Shown: positions 40,318 through 50,314 of the stretch, one piece after another | Position numbering within the stretch: the first letter of the stretch is position 1 | How the letters are laid out: each line of letters starts with the position of its first letter | Source of the DNA: an uncultured bacterium | GTDB taxonomy: Bacteria > Chloroflexota > UBA5177 > JANWHV01 | Assembly (NCBI GenBank): GCA_963827235.1 | Contig: CAWHAE010000016.1 | Location: forward strand, 416,001-480,000 | Direction: 5' to 3' | Length of the DNA: 64,000 bases | Program-made: the position numbers and the translations under genes | The notes under the pieces: model-generated | Told to the model about the DNA's origin: nothing | Databases searched by the model: none | The model's input: only the letters and a program-made list of their open reading frames with translations

Positions 40318-41499
40318 GTGAAGATCGCCATCGCGACCGATTTCCACAGTCCGTGGGTTGGCGGCCCGGCCACATTCATCGACAACTTGACCTCGTATCT
40401 CGCCGCCCGGCAATACCGGGTTGACGTGCTCGCGCCGAGCCTGAACGGCCGGTCAAGCGTTGACCGCTTGACCGGCACTTCGCTTCACCGATTTGGCAGC
40501 GTTGCCGTACCGTTTGGATATGGCATGCGAATGGTGTGGCGTCTGGACAGTGTCGTGGCCGCGCTGCGACGCATCAAGCCGGATGTCATACAGATCCATC
40601 ATCCGTTTCCGCTGGGTGCCACGGCAATGATCGCCTCCCGCAGGCTTGGCATCCCGATCGTGGCGGTGAACCACACTATTCCGGAGTGCTCACTCTACGG
40701 CATGCGATACAGCAAGGCGTATCCGCTTGTCCTCAGGGCATTCCGGTGCTATCTCTCGTGGCTGTTGTCGCAGGCAGACGCGATATGCACCCCAACGAAG
40801 ACTGCCGCTTCCCTGTTGGCTTCACTGGGCGTTCGCCGGTGTGCAGAGGTGATCTCGAACGGCATAGATACTGATCGCTTCAGACCGGCAGAGAATAGAT
40901 CAGCGGCGCGCAGGAACCTCGGGCTGCCCGACATGCCGCTGGTGCTTTACACCGGTAGACTGGATGCCGAAAAGGACATGGAGACCTGGCTGCGAGCCGG
41001 TGCGGCGCTCCTCAAACAGGTCGACGCACATCTCGTCGTTGGAGGCGAGGGGTCGGACCGACCCAGGCTGGAGTCGCTTGTCCGCCGGCTGGGACTCGTA
41101 GGCAAGGTGACGTTTCCCGGCTATCTGCCAGTAGACAGGCTGCCATTGCTCTACCAGGCAGCCAACGTATACTTCATCACCAGCGCCGTGGAGCTGCAGA
41201 GTATCACCACCCTGGAGGCACTTGCGTCGGGCCTGCCGGTGGTGGCCGCCGATGCCGCGGCGCTGCCCGAGCTGGTCGTTCCCGGAGAGAGCGGCTACCT
41301 GGCCAGGCCTGGCGACGTGGAGGCCTTCTGCCATGCGCTGGCAAGTATCTTGCAGTCGGCAGCCACTTCCACGCGGATGGGCGCCGCCGGCAGGCTCATA
41401 GCCGAGCGGCACGACCTCGAGACTGTGGCGCGCCGGCACGAGCAGCTCCTGCTCTCAGTCGCCCGGCACCACGCCGGAGCGAAGGCTTCCAGCGCATGA
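40318..41499 (+). CDS. GT4 glycosyltransferase (resembles diacylglycerol glycosyltransferases)
   Basis: MKIAIATD..P.VGGP, PDVIQIHHPF, VISNGID, YTGRLDAEK, ELQSITTLEALASG (ExxxxxxxE). Confidence 0.88.
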   Translation: MKIAIATDFHSPWVGGPATFIDNLTSYLAARQYRVDVLAPSLNGRSSVDRLTGTSLHRFGSVAVPFGYGMRMVWRLDSVVAALRRIKPDVIQIHHPFPLGATAMIASRRLGIPIVAVNHTIPECSLYGMRYSKAYPLVLRAFRCYLSWLLSQADAICTPTKTAASLLASLGVRRCAEVISNGIDTDRFRPAENRSAARRNLGLPDMPLVLYTGRLDAEKDMETWLRAGAALLKQVDAHLVVGGEGSDRPRLESLVRRLGLVGKVTFPGYLPVDRLPLLYQAANVYFITSAVELQSITTLEALASGLPVVAADAAALPELVVPGESGYLARPGDVEAFCHALASILQSAATSTRMGAAGRLIAERHDLETVARRHEQLLLSVARHHAGAKASSA

Positions 41500-42860
41500 G
41501 GCCCAGGCTGCGGCGCGTGGATCCCACGCCTCTTACGCGGCTCGATACGCGGACTGGTCCGCTGAGCCCGCGGCAGATGGAAGCAGAGCAAGCGAGCGGC
41601 TTCATGGGTGTGCTGAGCAACCGCGCCTTCCTGCGGCTCTGGATCGCACAGGCATTTTCGCAAACTGCGCAGAACATGGTGTGGTACGCCTTGTTCCTGC
41701 AGATTGCGCGCCTCTCCGCAGGCGCCCCCGTGGCGGTCGGCGCCATGATCATGATGGTGCAACTGCCGACGATTCTTTTCGCAGGGCTTTCCGGTATTCT
41801 CGTGGACAGATTCAGCAAGCACCACATCCTGGTCTTCAGCAACGCCATGCGCACGATCGGATGCCTGGGCTATGTCGTGTTCCTCAACCATGTCTCGGCC
41901 CTCTATGCCATCACCTTTTTCGTCGCCGTGGTGAACCAACCCTTCCAGCCGGCGGAGAGTGCAACCATTCCTCTCCTCGTGAGTGAGCGGCTTCTCCTGC
42001 CGGCCAACGCACTCTTCCAGATCACGTTTATGTGTTCACAGGTTCTGGGATACGTGGCGGGCCCGATTCTGGCCGGCTTTCCGGCCATCGGCGTGCAGAA
42101 GACGATGGTGATCAGTGCGGTATTCCTGGCCGCGGCTGCCACGGTCCTGATCGGGCTTCCCGAGATCACGCGCGAGCGGCGCAAAGTGGCGGGAAGTGAG
42201 AGCGCGCGTCACGCGGTATTCCAGGTTTGGCTTGAGCTCGTCGAGGTTGCACGGGTAGTGGCCATGGATAAGCGGCTTACCGTGGCACTGGTCCAGCTGA
42301 GCCTTGCGCCGGCCGTGCTGTTGGTGCTCAGCGAGCTGGGTCCCAAGTACGTGAAAGATCTCATGGCCACCAGCCAGTACAATGCCATGATCTGGCTGAT
42401 CGCTCCTGCCGGAGCCGGCCTCGGCGTCGGCATGTACCTCATCGACCGCATTGGGCACCGCATGCCCAAGGGCCGCGTAGCTTCAGCGGCCATGGTCGCC
42501 ACCGGCATTGCCCTGGGCGCTCTGGCCGTCGTGCCCAACGTAACCGGAGTGCTGCTCAGCTACGCACAAGTGAGCCGCACTCTTGGTGCCGCGTGCATGA
42601 CGGTGCCCATCAGCTTTGTGTTGGGCGTAGCCACGTCGCTGCTGGTGGCCCCCGCGCAGACGATCGTCCAGGAACGGGCCGACGCCAACCTGCGAGGCCG
42701 CGTGCTCGCGGTACAGCAGGCCCTCGCCGCGGCGGTCACCATTCCACCGCTGATCGCCGTGGCAGCAGTTGGCCAGTTGCTCACCACATCGCAAACGATG
42801 GGAATCCTGGCCGGGGTGGTCGTCATTGCCGGCCTGTTGAGCACGCGGGCTGCAGTGTAG
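41496..42860 (+). CDS. MFS transporter
   Basis: About 12 hydrophobic helices, NRAFLRLWIAQAFSQ, motif A GILVDRFSK, QTIVQE...LRGRV; ATGA overlap with the GT4 gene. Confidence 0.88.
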   Translation: MRPRLRRVDPTPLTRLDTRTGPLSPRQMEAEQASGFMGVLSNRAFLRLWIAQAFSQTAQNMVWYALFLQIARLSAGAPVAVGAMIMMVQLPTILFAGLSGILVDRFSKHHILVFSNAMRTIGCLGYVVFLNHVSALYAITFFVAVVNQPFQPAESATIPLLVSERLLLPANALFQITFMCSQVLGYVAGPILAGFPAIGVQKTMVISAVFLAAAATVLIGLPEITRERRKVAGSESARHAVFQVWLELVEVARVVAMDKRLTVALVQLSLAPAVLLVLSELGPKYVKDLMATSQYNAMIWLIAPAGAGLGVGMYLIDRIGHRMPKGRVASAAMVATGIALGALAVVPNVTGVLLSYAQVSRTLGAACMTVPISFVLGVATSLLVAPAQTIVQERADANLRGRVLAVQQALAAAVTIPPLIAVAAVGQLLTTSQTMGILAGVVVIAGLLSTRAAV

Positions 42861-42939
42861 CCTGGGTGGCCGGCCCGGCCCAGAGGCCATCGCACCCCGC
42901 CGGCACCTCTTCCCGCTGAAGTGCACAGAGACTCTGCCG

Positions 42940-44061
42940 CTATGGCTGCAGTCCAGAGGCGTGCAGATAGTTGTCGAAGGCCGCCAGCGCTTCCGGCATG
43001 TTCAGGCGGCCAAATCCGACCCGCACGTGGCCGGGGCAAGAAAAGGCTTCTCCGGGCGCGAGCAGGACGCCCGACCGCGACACGAGTTCGCGGCAGAACG
43101 TCGCGGCGTCGGCTTCTTCCACGAGTCGCGGGAAGCCGACCGAGCCGGCCAGGGGACGTGCCCACTGCAAGACCCGATGGTTCCGAGCAATGAAACCGTC
43201 CAGCAGGTCCAGGTTCCGGCGCACTATCCCGAGGTTACGGGTCAACAGCCGCGCCCTGTGCCGCAGGGCCACTGCTGCCAGGTACTCGCTGGGCGCGCTG
43301 TTGCAGATAGTCGTGTAGTCCTTCGCGGCGGCGATCGCGCCCAGAACGCGCAGATTGCGCGTAGCAATCCAGCCGATGCGAAGTCCGGCAAGACCGTAGG
43401 ACTTGGACATCACGCCGAGAGACACCGCGTGCTCGGAGAGATCACAGGCCGCCGGCAGCATCATCTCCGGCTCGTACTCCAGCTCCCGGTATACCTCGTC
43501 ACTGAAGACGACAACGTCACGGGCGTCGGCGAGCCGGAGTATCTGCTCGAACATGCCGCGAGTGAAATGGAACCCGGAGGGATTGTGCGGCGAGTTGATA
43601 TAGAGAGCCCGTGTGTTTGGCCGGAACAGCAGCTCGAGCTCACCCAGATCGGGCTCCCACTTCCGTTCGTAACGGCAAGCCCATTCCGCGACCTCGCATC
43701 CTATGCCGCGTGGCACTGAGAGAGCCGACTGATAGCAGGGAGTCTGCACGATCACGTGGTCGCCCGCCTGAACGAGGCTCTGGAAGAACAGGAATATTGC
43801 CTCCTCGGCTCCGGTGTGCACCAGTACCTGCGAGGCGTCCAGAACGCGGTACAGCCGGGCTATCTCCGCGCGAAGGGCAGGCGAGCCGGGCGACTCGGTG
43901 TAGCCAAGCGGCAGCTCCAGCAGCCGATCGGCGGCGTCCGGCTCCATTGCCAGCAGATCGCCTACCGTCGTCGACTCACTGTCGCTCGCACAGAGAAGGT
44001 ACCGAGAGGTAAACTCGTGCTCGGCGAAGTACCTTTCCAGCTGAAACGGTTCTCGCAGCAC
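42940..44061 (-). CDS. PLP-dependent aminotransferase, class I/II
   Basis: LERYFAEHEF, LGYTES.G, INSPHNPSG, FSDEVYR, MSKSYGLAGLRIGW. Confidence 0.9.
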   Translation of the reverse strand: MLREPFQLERYFAEHEFTSRYLLCASDSESTTVGDLLAMEPDAADRLLELPLGYTESPGSPALRAEIARLYRVLDASQVLVHTGAEEAIFLFFQSLVQAGDHVIVQTPCYQSALSVPRGIGCEVAEWACRYERKWEPDLGELELLFRPNTRALYINSPHNPSGFHFTRGMFEQILRLADARDVVVFSDEVYRELEYEPEMMLPAACDLSEHAVSLGVMSKSYGLAGLRIGWIATRNLRVLGAIAAAKDYTTICNSAPSEYLAAVALRHRARLLTRNLGIVRRNLDLLDGFIARNHRVLQWARPLAGSVGFPRLVEEADAATFCRELVSRSGVLLAPGEAFSCPGHVRVGFGRLNMPEALAAFDNYLHASGLQP

Positions 44062-44100
44062 GATGCTCGCCTCCCCCTCCGAACTGGCGGACTCTTGTCG

Positions 44101-45153
44101 CTAGCCCAGGAGCCCCTGAGCCTTCAACAGCTCTGCGTTGAGCACCGAGCCGCCTGCGGCGCCACGCATCACGTTGCTGCCCAGCGCGACGAACTTGAGG
44201 CCCAGGATCGCGCAGTCGCGCAAGCGGCCCACGCTCACCGACATGCCGTTGCCCGCGTCGCGATCGAGCCTGGTCTGCGGCCGGTTGGGCTCCGTGCGGA
44301 GGATCACCGGGTGCTCGGGCGCCGTCGGCAGACCAAGCTCCTGCGGAAGGCTGCTGTACGTGCGGAATACCTCGGCCACCTCGTCGAGCGAGGCCGGGCG
44401 GCTCAGTGCCGCGGAGACACACTCAAGGTGGCCGTCGCGAGTAGCAACGCGGTTGCAGTGGGCGCTCATGACGATTCCGGCAGGCCGGACGGCATTATCC
44501 GCATACGCGCCGAGCATTTTCAGCGGCTCCGCCTCCAGCTTGGGCTCCTCTCCGCCGATGAAAGGAATGGCGTTGTCCAGGATGTCGAGCGAAGGCAGGC
44601 CCGGATAGCCGGCGCCGGAAACCGCCTGCAGGGTTGTCACCAGCACCTTGTCCAGGCCAAATGCCTTATGTAGCGGATGCAGTGCCGTCACCAGCACGGC
44701 GGCGCAGCAGTTCGGATTGGTCACGATGTAGCCGGACCAGCCTTTGCGGCGCTGCTGCTCACGAAGGATGGCGGAATGCTCGTGATTCACTTCGGGCACG
44801 AGCAAAGGCACAAGCGGGTCCATGCGGTGGCTCGACGCATTGCTGAACACGTAGTAACCGCGCCGCGCGTAGTCGGCCTCTACCTCGCCGGCCACGTCCG
44901 ATGGTAGTGCGGAAAAGACGACGCGAGCGTCGAGGTCGCTGCCCAGCGGGAGCACGGTCTGGTCGCGCGCCGCAGCCGGCATATCCGAGCCCAGCAGCCA
45001 GCGGCAGGCGTCTGAATAGCTCCTGCCGGCCGAGCGGTCCGAAGCCACGAGACCTTTGAGCTCGAACCACGGATGCTTAGCTGTCAAGCTGACAAAATAC
45101 TGGCCGACCATGCCCGTGGCACCGAGCACGGCGACCGGAATACGCTCGCTCAT
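44101..45153 (-). CDS. asd: Aspartate-semialdehyde dehydrogenase (archaeal/fungal-type subfamily)
   Basis: VAVLGATGMVGQ, VFSALP, SNASSHRM..VPLLVPEVN, TNPNC, QAVSGAGYPG, IPFIGGEEPK, RPQTRLDRD, RGAAGGSVLNAE. Confidence 0.95.
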   Translation of the reverse strand: MSERIPVAVLGATGMVGQYFVSLTAKHPWFELKGLVASDRSAGRSYSDACRWLLGSDMPAAARDQTVLPLGSDLDARVVFSALPSDVAGEVEADYARRGYYVFSNASSHRMDPLVPLLVPEVNHEHSAILREQQRRKGWSGYIVTNPNCCAAVLVTALHPLHKAFGLDKVLVTTLQAVSGAGYPGLPSLDILDNAIPFIGGEEPKLEAEPLKMLGAYADNAVRPAGIVMSAHCNRVATRDGHLECVSAALSRPASLDEVAEVFRTYSSLPQELGLPTAPEHPVILRTEPNRPQTRLDRDAGNGMSVSVGRLRDCAILGLKFVALGSNVMRGAAGGSVLNAELLKAQGLLG

Positions 45154-46551
45154 TCAATATCCTCCACGAATTCTCGATGCGCAGCACGCACGGCCTCCAG
45201 TGCCTGCTCATCCGACACCACCAGGGAGATGTTGTACTCGTTGGAGCCCTGGGCAATGGCCATCACGTTGATACCGCTGGCTCCGAGGCAGGAGAAGAGG
45301 CGGCCGGCGATCCCGGGCGTGCCAGCCATACCGGCGCCGACCACGGTGACGATCGCCACCGGACGCTTGGCACTCACCGAATCCACCGCGTGCGTGCTCA
45401 GCTCGTCGGCCAGCTGGCGGCTCAACGTCTCCTGCGTCCTCTCGACCTGCGAGTCGGGTATGACGAAGCATATGTTGCTTTCAGACGACGCCTGCGAAAT
45501 CATCAGCACGTTCGTGTTTGCCTGCGCCACGGCACCGAATACGCGCGCGGCTGCGCCCACGACTCCCGAGAGGCCTACGCCCTGCACGGTCACTAGGGCC
45601 TGGTGCCTAATCGCGGTCACAGCCTTGACGGCGTGCGGCGTGACCTCGGTTGCAGCGGTCAACACAGTTCCGGGAAGCTCGGGGTTGAAGCTGTTGACGA
45701 TGCGGTAGGGGACACCCGCTTCCACGGCCGGAAGTATCGACGCCGGATGTAGCACCTTACTGCCGAAGTATGCGAGCTCGGCTGCCTCGGCGTACGAGAG
45801 CGAGGGAAGCGGCTTGGCCTGCGGCACAGCTCGCGGGTCTGCGCTCATGATCCCATCCGAATCCGTCCATTTCCACACCTCGTCGGCGCCAAGCAAAGCG
45901 CCCAGCACGGCAGCCGAGTAGTCGGACGCGTTCCGTCCGAAGGTTGTGGTGGCACCGTCCTCGGTGGCACCGATGAAGCCGGTGATGACTGGAATGATGC
46001 CGCCTTCGATCAGTGGGAGGAGGCGCTCACGGGTGCGGATCCTGCTTGGCGGCACGAGCACGCGAGCATTTCCGTGGTTCGCAGTGGTCAGGAACAGCTC
46101 CTCGGCGCTGACGGATGCGCTGGCATGTCCGCGAGCCGCGATTGCCGCGGCGACAATAGGTGCCGACAGCTTCTCGCCGTAGCCGCTGACTGCATCGATC
46201 AGATCGGGCGGAGAGCTCGCCGAGCAAAGCGATGCCGGTGCAGATCTCGTGCAGTTCGACGAAGGCGTCGTCGAGCGATTGCTTCACGTCGGTGGACGTA
46301 CCGGGGGCCGCTTGAGACAGCGCCTCGAAATGCCTGTCGCGCAGCGCACCAAGGTGTGCTTCCACCGACGAGAGGGCCCTGCGGCCCTGCAGGGCGAGAC
46401 GCGCCACGCCCAGTAATCCGTCCGTGACGCCACCCATGGCGGACACCACGACCACCGGCGAGCGGTCCAGATATCGCAGAACGAGGTCCGCCGCGTACTG
46501 AATTCTCTCTCCGCTGGCCAGCGACGAGCCGCCAAACTTCATCACTATCAT
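45150..46551 (-). CDS. lysC: Aspartate kinase with ACT domains (one frameshift near 46201)
   Basis: MIVMKFGGSS. Removing one base from CGATCTGATCGAT gives ELSARSIDAVSGYGEKLSAPI, joining TGFIG, TTFGRNASDYSA, DGIMSADP, LAYFGSKVLHP and two ACT domains. Confidence 0.92.
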
Positions 46552-46643
46552 GAGAGCTCCACTCTTTCTCGCCGCAACCGTCGTCGCCTCACACGGCCCA
46601 GCATCATACAGCCTCCGGGGTTCTGACAACTTCCGGCCTGCGC

Positions 46644-48391
46644 CTAGCCGGTTACGCACTGCCCGGCGGCGCAAGACTGGGTCGCGGGCCGAGCCGCGAC
46701 CAGGGTGAGACGAACTCGAGCCCGTCCCTGCCAAGCATCCACAGCCAGTGTATATGCTATATCGAATTGCCCGGCCCCTTGCCAACCAGCGTCATGCCGC
46801 CACCATTTGACCGGCCGCTCCACACCTCGGCGATCGGCAAAGACGAGATCCGCGAATGCCCCTTCCTTTCCGAATGGCCTTCGCGCCACAAGCCGCACGT
46901 CGCGGGTAACGAGCACGGGGGTCGGATTACTTTCCCAGAAGGGCTCCAACGGAGAAGCCTCGTGATAGAGCGCATCAGCGCTCACCTCGCCACCCTCCGG
47001 CACCGACCAATCGACCTCCCCGTCGATGCGCAGCTCGCCGTCGCCTCGAGGCAGCTCACTTACCGCGCCGGCAAGCGCAGCGGCCAGAGCATCGATGTCG
47101 TCCGCTCGCAGAGAGAATCCCGCGGCGCCCGGGTGGCCGCCCCACTCAATCAACAGGCTCGAGTGCGCAGAGAGGGCGGCCAGTATGTCGCATGTGCCGG
47201 GGCTTCGCGCCGAGCCGCGCGCTACCGGCTGTCCGGGAGTCCTGCTGATGATCACTGCCGGGCGCTTATAGAGCGCGGCGTAATGGCTGGCCGCCGGGCC
47301 GATCAGACCGAGGTGCCAGCCGTCGCCCGCCGCGAAGATTATTGGCCCGGCGGCGGCTCCCTCTGTCCGCAAGCTGCGCGTCGATTTCGTGTTCCAGCAA
47401 TTCGGCTAGCCGCTGGCGCTCCGAGTTCAGATCCAGGAGCTGCTCCGCCAGCGCTCTGGCCCTCTCACGTGTGGTCTCCAGCAGCAGCTCGACACCGAGA
47501 GCCGCGTCGGCGAGACGCCCGGATGCATTGAGCAGCGGCGCGAGCTGTAGTGATCTTCGTGGAATCCAGCGGCGTGGCCGGTGCTCCGATCAGACGAAGC
47601 AGGGCCGCGATGCCGGGCCGGGGCTTCTTCCACAACCGGGGTAGCCCGCGTGCGAGAAAGGCTCGGCTGGCCAGCGTCATCGGTGCCAGATCGGCAATGA
47701 TCCCGAGAGCGACCAGGTCGAGCGCATCCCGCGCGTGACCCGGCGTGTCGCGTCTATGGCACAAGTCCCGCACCACGAGGTAGGCCATCGCGACCCCGGG
47801 TATGCCCCACACCGGATCGCTCGGATCGACCTGTGACGAATTGCAGACCGTCACAGCCGCCGGCTGGTCGCCAGTCTGCAGATGGTGGTCGGTAACGATC
47901 ACATCGATGCCGAGCTTCCCCGCGTGCGCGATCTGGGCGACGTCGTTGGTGCCGCAATCGCAGGTGATGATCAGGCTACAGCCCACTGCGGCCAATCTAT
48001 CGATGCCCGGCTCGTTGAGACCATGTGACTCGGTGAAACGCCGCGGGATGTAGAACTCGACGGAGCCGCCCATCTTCCTCAGAGCACCAACCAATAGAGC
48101 CGTCGCAGTCTGGCCGTCCACGTCGAAGTCGCCCCATACCCATATCCGCTCGCCTCGCGCGAGGGCCGATTCTAAGCGGTCAACCGCTGCCACCAACCAT
48201 GGATAGGTCCCGGCAGGCGGCAATCTGAACTCAAGTGGATAGAGGAATTGGCGCGCCTCTGCGTGCGTCGTGAAGCCCCTGCGCCAGACGAGTTCTCGCG
48301 TCAAACGAGCGCAGTCCGCGAGAAAGTCCTCGGGAAGCTCCACCGTCTCCGGCATCTGCCAGCACTGTGGCCCTACGCCTTGTACCTGCAC
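46644..48391 (-). CDS. recJ: Single-stranded-DNA exonuclease RecJ (two frameshifts, near 47548 and 47360)
   Basis: GDFDVDG, ITCDCG, IVTDHH, LVALGIIADL; a middle frame reads QLAPLLNASGRL..GVELLL..LNSERQ; a third frame reads WHLGLIG, RGSARS, GGHPGAAG, LEPF. Confidence 0.88.
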
Positions 48392-48598
48392 GTCAACGTC
48401 CGCCCACTAGCTCACCCGACATCCGGCGGACACTACCGGCCCGCAGGCCCGACTGCCCGGTACACGAGCCAATACCAACCGCACTCTGCGATGGCGGAGA
48501 CCCGGCAGGTATGCACCTTGCTGCGCATCGCTAGTATAGTAACGGATGGCAGGCGGCTCTTGCTCATGCCATAGCCGGTCAGATCCGGGCACGGCGTG

Positions 48599-49399
48599 CT
48601 AGGGCCACCAGCCGCTCCACGGGGCGCGCCGCCGCTCAATGCCAGGATCCGGGTGCACTCGGCTCCGGAGCAGCCTGCCCAACCGCGCTGTCGCGGCGTC
48701 GATCTCGTTGTCCGTGATCAGCGTTCTCAGCCGGGCGCGCAGATCTCCGCTTCGATTGAGCTCATGGCAGAGCTGTGTAAGGTCCTCCAGCAAATCAGCC
48801 GGGATCGGCTCTCCCGCGAAATCCCAAATGACTGTACGGAGCTTTGGCTCGGGATGGAAGGTCAGCCCATGGTCAATGGCCCAGGTGCGTCCCGCCAGAT
48901 CCTGTATGCAGTGCTCCGACTTCCGGTCAGCGTTGTTCAGTACCCAGTCCAGCAGCGCTATCTGTTCGGCCGCGGCGCGGTCCCTGCGCGCCGGCGACAC
49001 GAAGTAGGTCTCGGGATCGTGCTCGATGAACAGCTGCATCGAGCCTACGCCGAGTGGGCCGTCTCTCGCCACGGTGGGCGGCACCAAAGGCCAACCGACG
49101 CCCTCGCTCAGCAGGTATGTGGCCACCTCACGGCGGTAGAGCGATCCGTTGGGAAAATCCCAGAGTGGTGCCTCGCCACGGCGCGGTTTGTATACGGCGT
49201 GGCTCTTGCCGGCACACGGATGTTCCAGTGTCACCAGAAACGTGCTATTGCTGCCCCACATAATCGGCCGCACTTGCACGACCTTCGCGGTGTTGAGATG
49301 CTCGAGTAGGGAGGGCATAGATGGAGACCAGCTCGTCCCCGCCGGCTGCCGGGTCTCGCTTTCCCCCGAGGCCGGTTTCCACTTGCGTCGATGGGCCAT
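48599..49399 (-). CDS. SCO1664 family PI3/PI4-kinase-like protein
   Basis: WGSNSTFL, AVYKPRRGEAPLWDFP.G.LYRREVA.Y, VPPTV.RDGP.G.GS.Q, NNADRKSEH, IDHGLTFH..PKLRTVIW. Start ATG 49399 after AAGGAG; the track ORF is over-extended. Confidence 0.88.
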   Translation of the reverse strand: MAHRRKWKPASGESETRQPAGTSWSPSMPSLLEHLNTAKVVQVRPIMWGSNSTFLVTLEHPCAGKSHAVYKPRRGEAPLWDFPNGSLYRREVATYLLSEGVGWPLVPPTVARDGPLGVGSMQLFIEHDPETYFVSPARRDRAAAEQIALLDWVLNNADRKSEHCIQDLAGRTWAIDHGLTFHPEPKLRTVIWDFAGEPIPADLLEDLTQLCHELNRSGDLRARLRTLITDNEIDAATARLGRLLRSRVHPDPGIERRRAPWSGWWP

Positions 49400-49525
49400 A
49401 GCACGTACTCCTTGCGATAGAGCGTACCGGAACAATGAGAACGATGCGACCGCCAAGAATCGCCTAAGCCCCTGCCCAGCCGCGATGCCTGGTACACTGC
49501 TGCACACTCGGAGGCTAATCAGCCT

Positions 49526-49993
49526 ATGAAGGCCGTACTGCAACGCGTGGAGCGCGCCTCGGTGCGCATACTGTCCGCCGATACGAGCCATGATCAGGAA
49601 GCCGAGCGAGCGATCGGCCTTGGATTCGTAGTGTTGCTTGGCGTTGCGCGCGGCGACGATCGTGGCGATGTGGATCGTCTGGTCGACCGGATCACGGGCA
49701 TGCGGGTCTTCGCAGATAAGAACGGCAAGATGAATCTGAGCATCGAGAATGTGGGTGGCCAGCTTCTGGTCGTGTCGCAATTCACGTTGCTGGCCGACAC
49801 CCGAGGCGGCCGGCGGCCGAGCTTCACGGGCGCGGCGCCTCCCGCGGAGAGCAGGGCACTCTATGAGTACGCCATCGAGCGGTTCCGCGCTGCCGGCGTG
49901 GTGGTTGCCACCGGAGAGTTCGGCGCCCACATGCACGTCGAGCTTGTCAACGACGGGCCGGTGACGATCGTGCTCGATACTCGCGAGCCCTGA
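49526..49993 (+). CDS. dtd: D-aminoacyl-tRNA deacylase
   Basis: MKAVLQRV, LVVSQFTL, GRRPSF, FGAHMHVELVNDGPVT. Confidence 0.96.
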   Translation: MKAVLQRVERASVRILSADTSHDQEAERAIGLGFVVLLGVARGDDRGDVDRLVDRITGMRVFADKNGKMNLSIENVGGQLLVVSQFTLLADTRGGRRPSFTGAAPPAESRALYEYAIERFRAAGVVVATGEFGAHMHVELVNDGPVTIVLDTREP

Positions 49994-49995
49994 GG

Positions 49996-50280
49996 CTAGC
50001 CGGCCGGATCCGGCCGATCCGACCAAAGCGTGCTTGCTACGGCGCGGAGCTGCTCCGTCGTCGTGCGGCTGCTCGCGGGTTCGGACCGATCGGCCTGCAA
50101 TGCCAGCGCAATTCCCGATGCGATCAGCTGTTTCTCCGCCTCATCGAGATCGGACTGGTCGTCGAAAAACGGGTGGTCGATCGCCCAGTCGGTGAGCTCT
50201 TCGGTCGACAGGCGGTCGTCAAGGTACTCGCCGATTCGCAGAGCGATCTCGGCTCGCCAGAGATCGCCTTTGCGCGACAC
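49996..50280 (-). CDS. Small acidic hypothetical protein (94 aa) downstream of rpoD
   Basis: GTG start after GGAGG, 35 nt past the rpoD stop; helical, protein-like composition. Confidence 0.7.
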   Translation of the reverse strand: MSRKGDLWRAEIALRIGEYLDDRLSTEELTDWAIDHPFFDDQSDLDEAEKQLIASGIALALQADRSEPASSRTTTEQLRAVASTLWSDRPDPAG

Positions 50281-50314
50281 GGATGGCCCTCCACGTTCCG
50301 GTTGCCGGTCACAC

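Noticed and set aside
48407-48639. Small ORFs between SCO1664 and recJ
   Set aside because: No SD or motif; the region contains a minus-strand TATACT more consistent with the recJ promoter.
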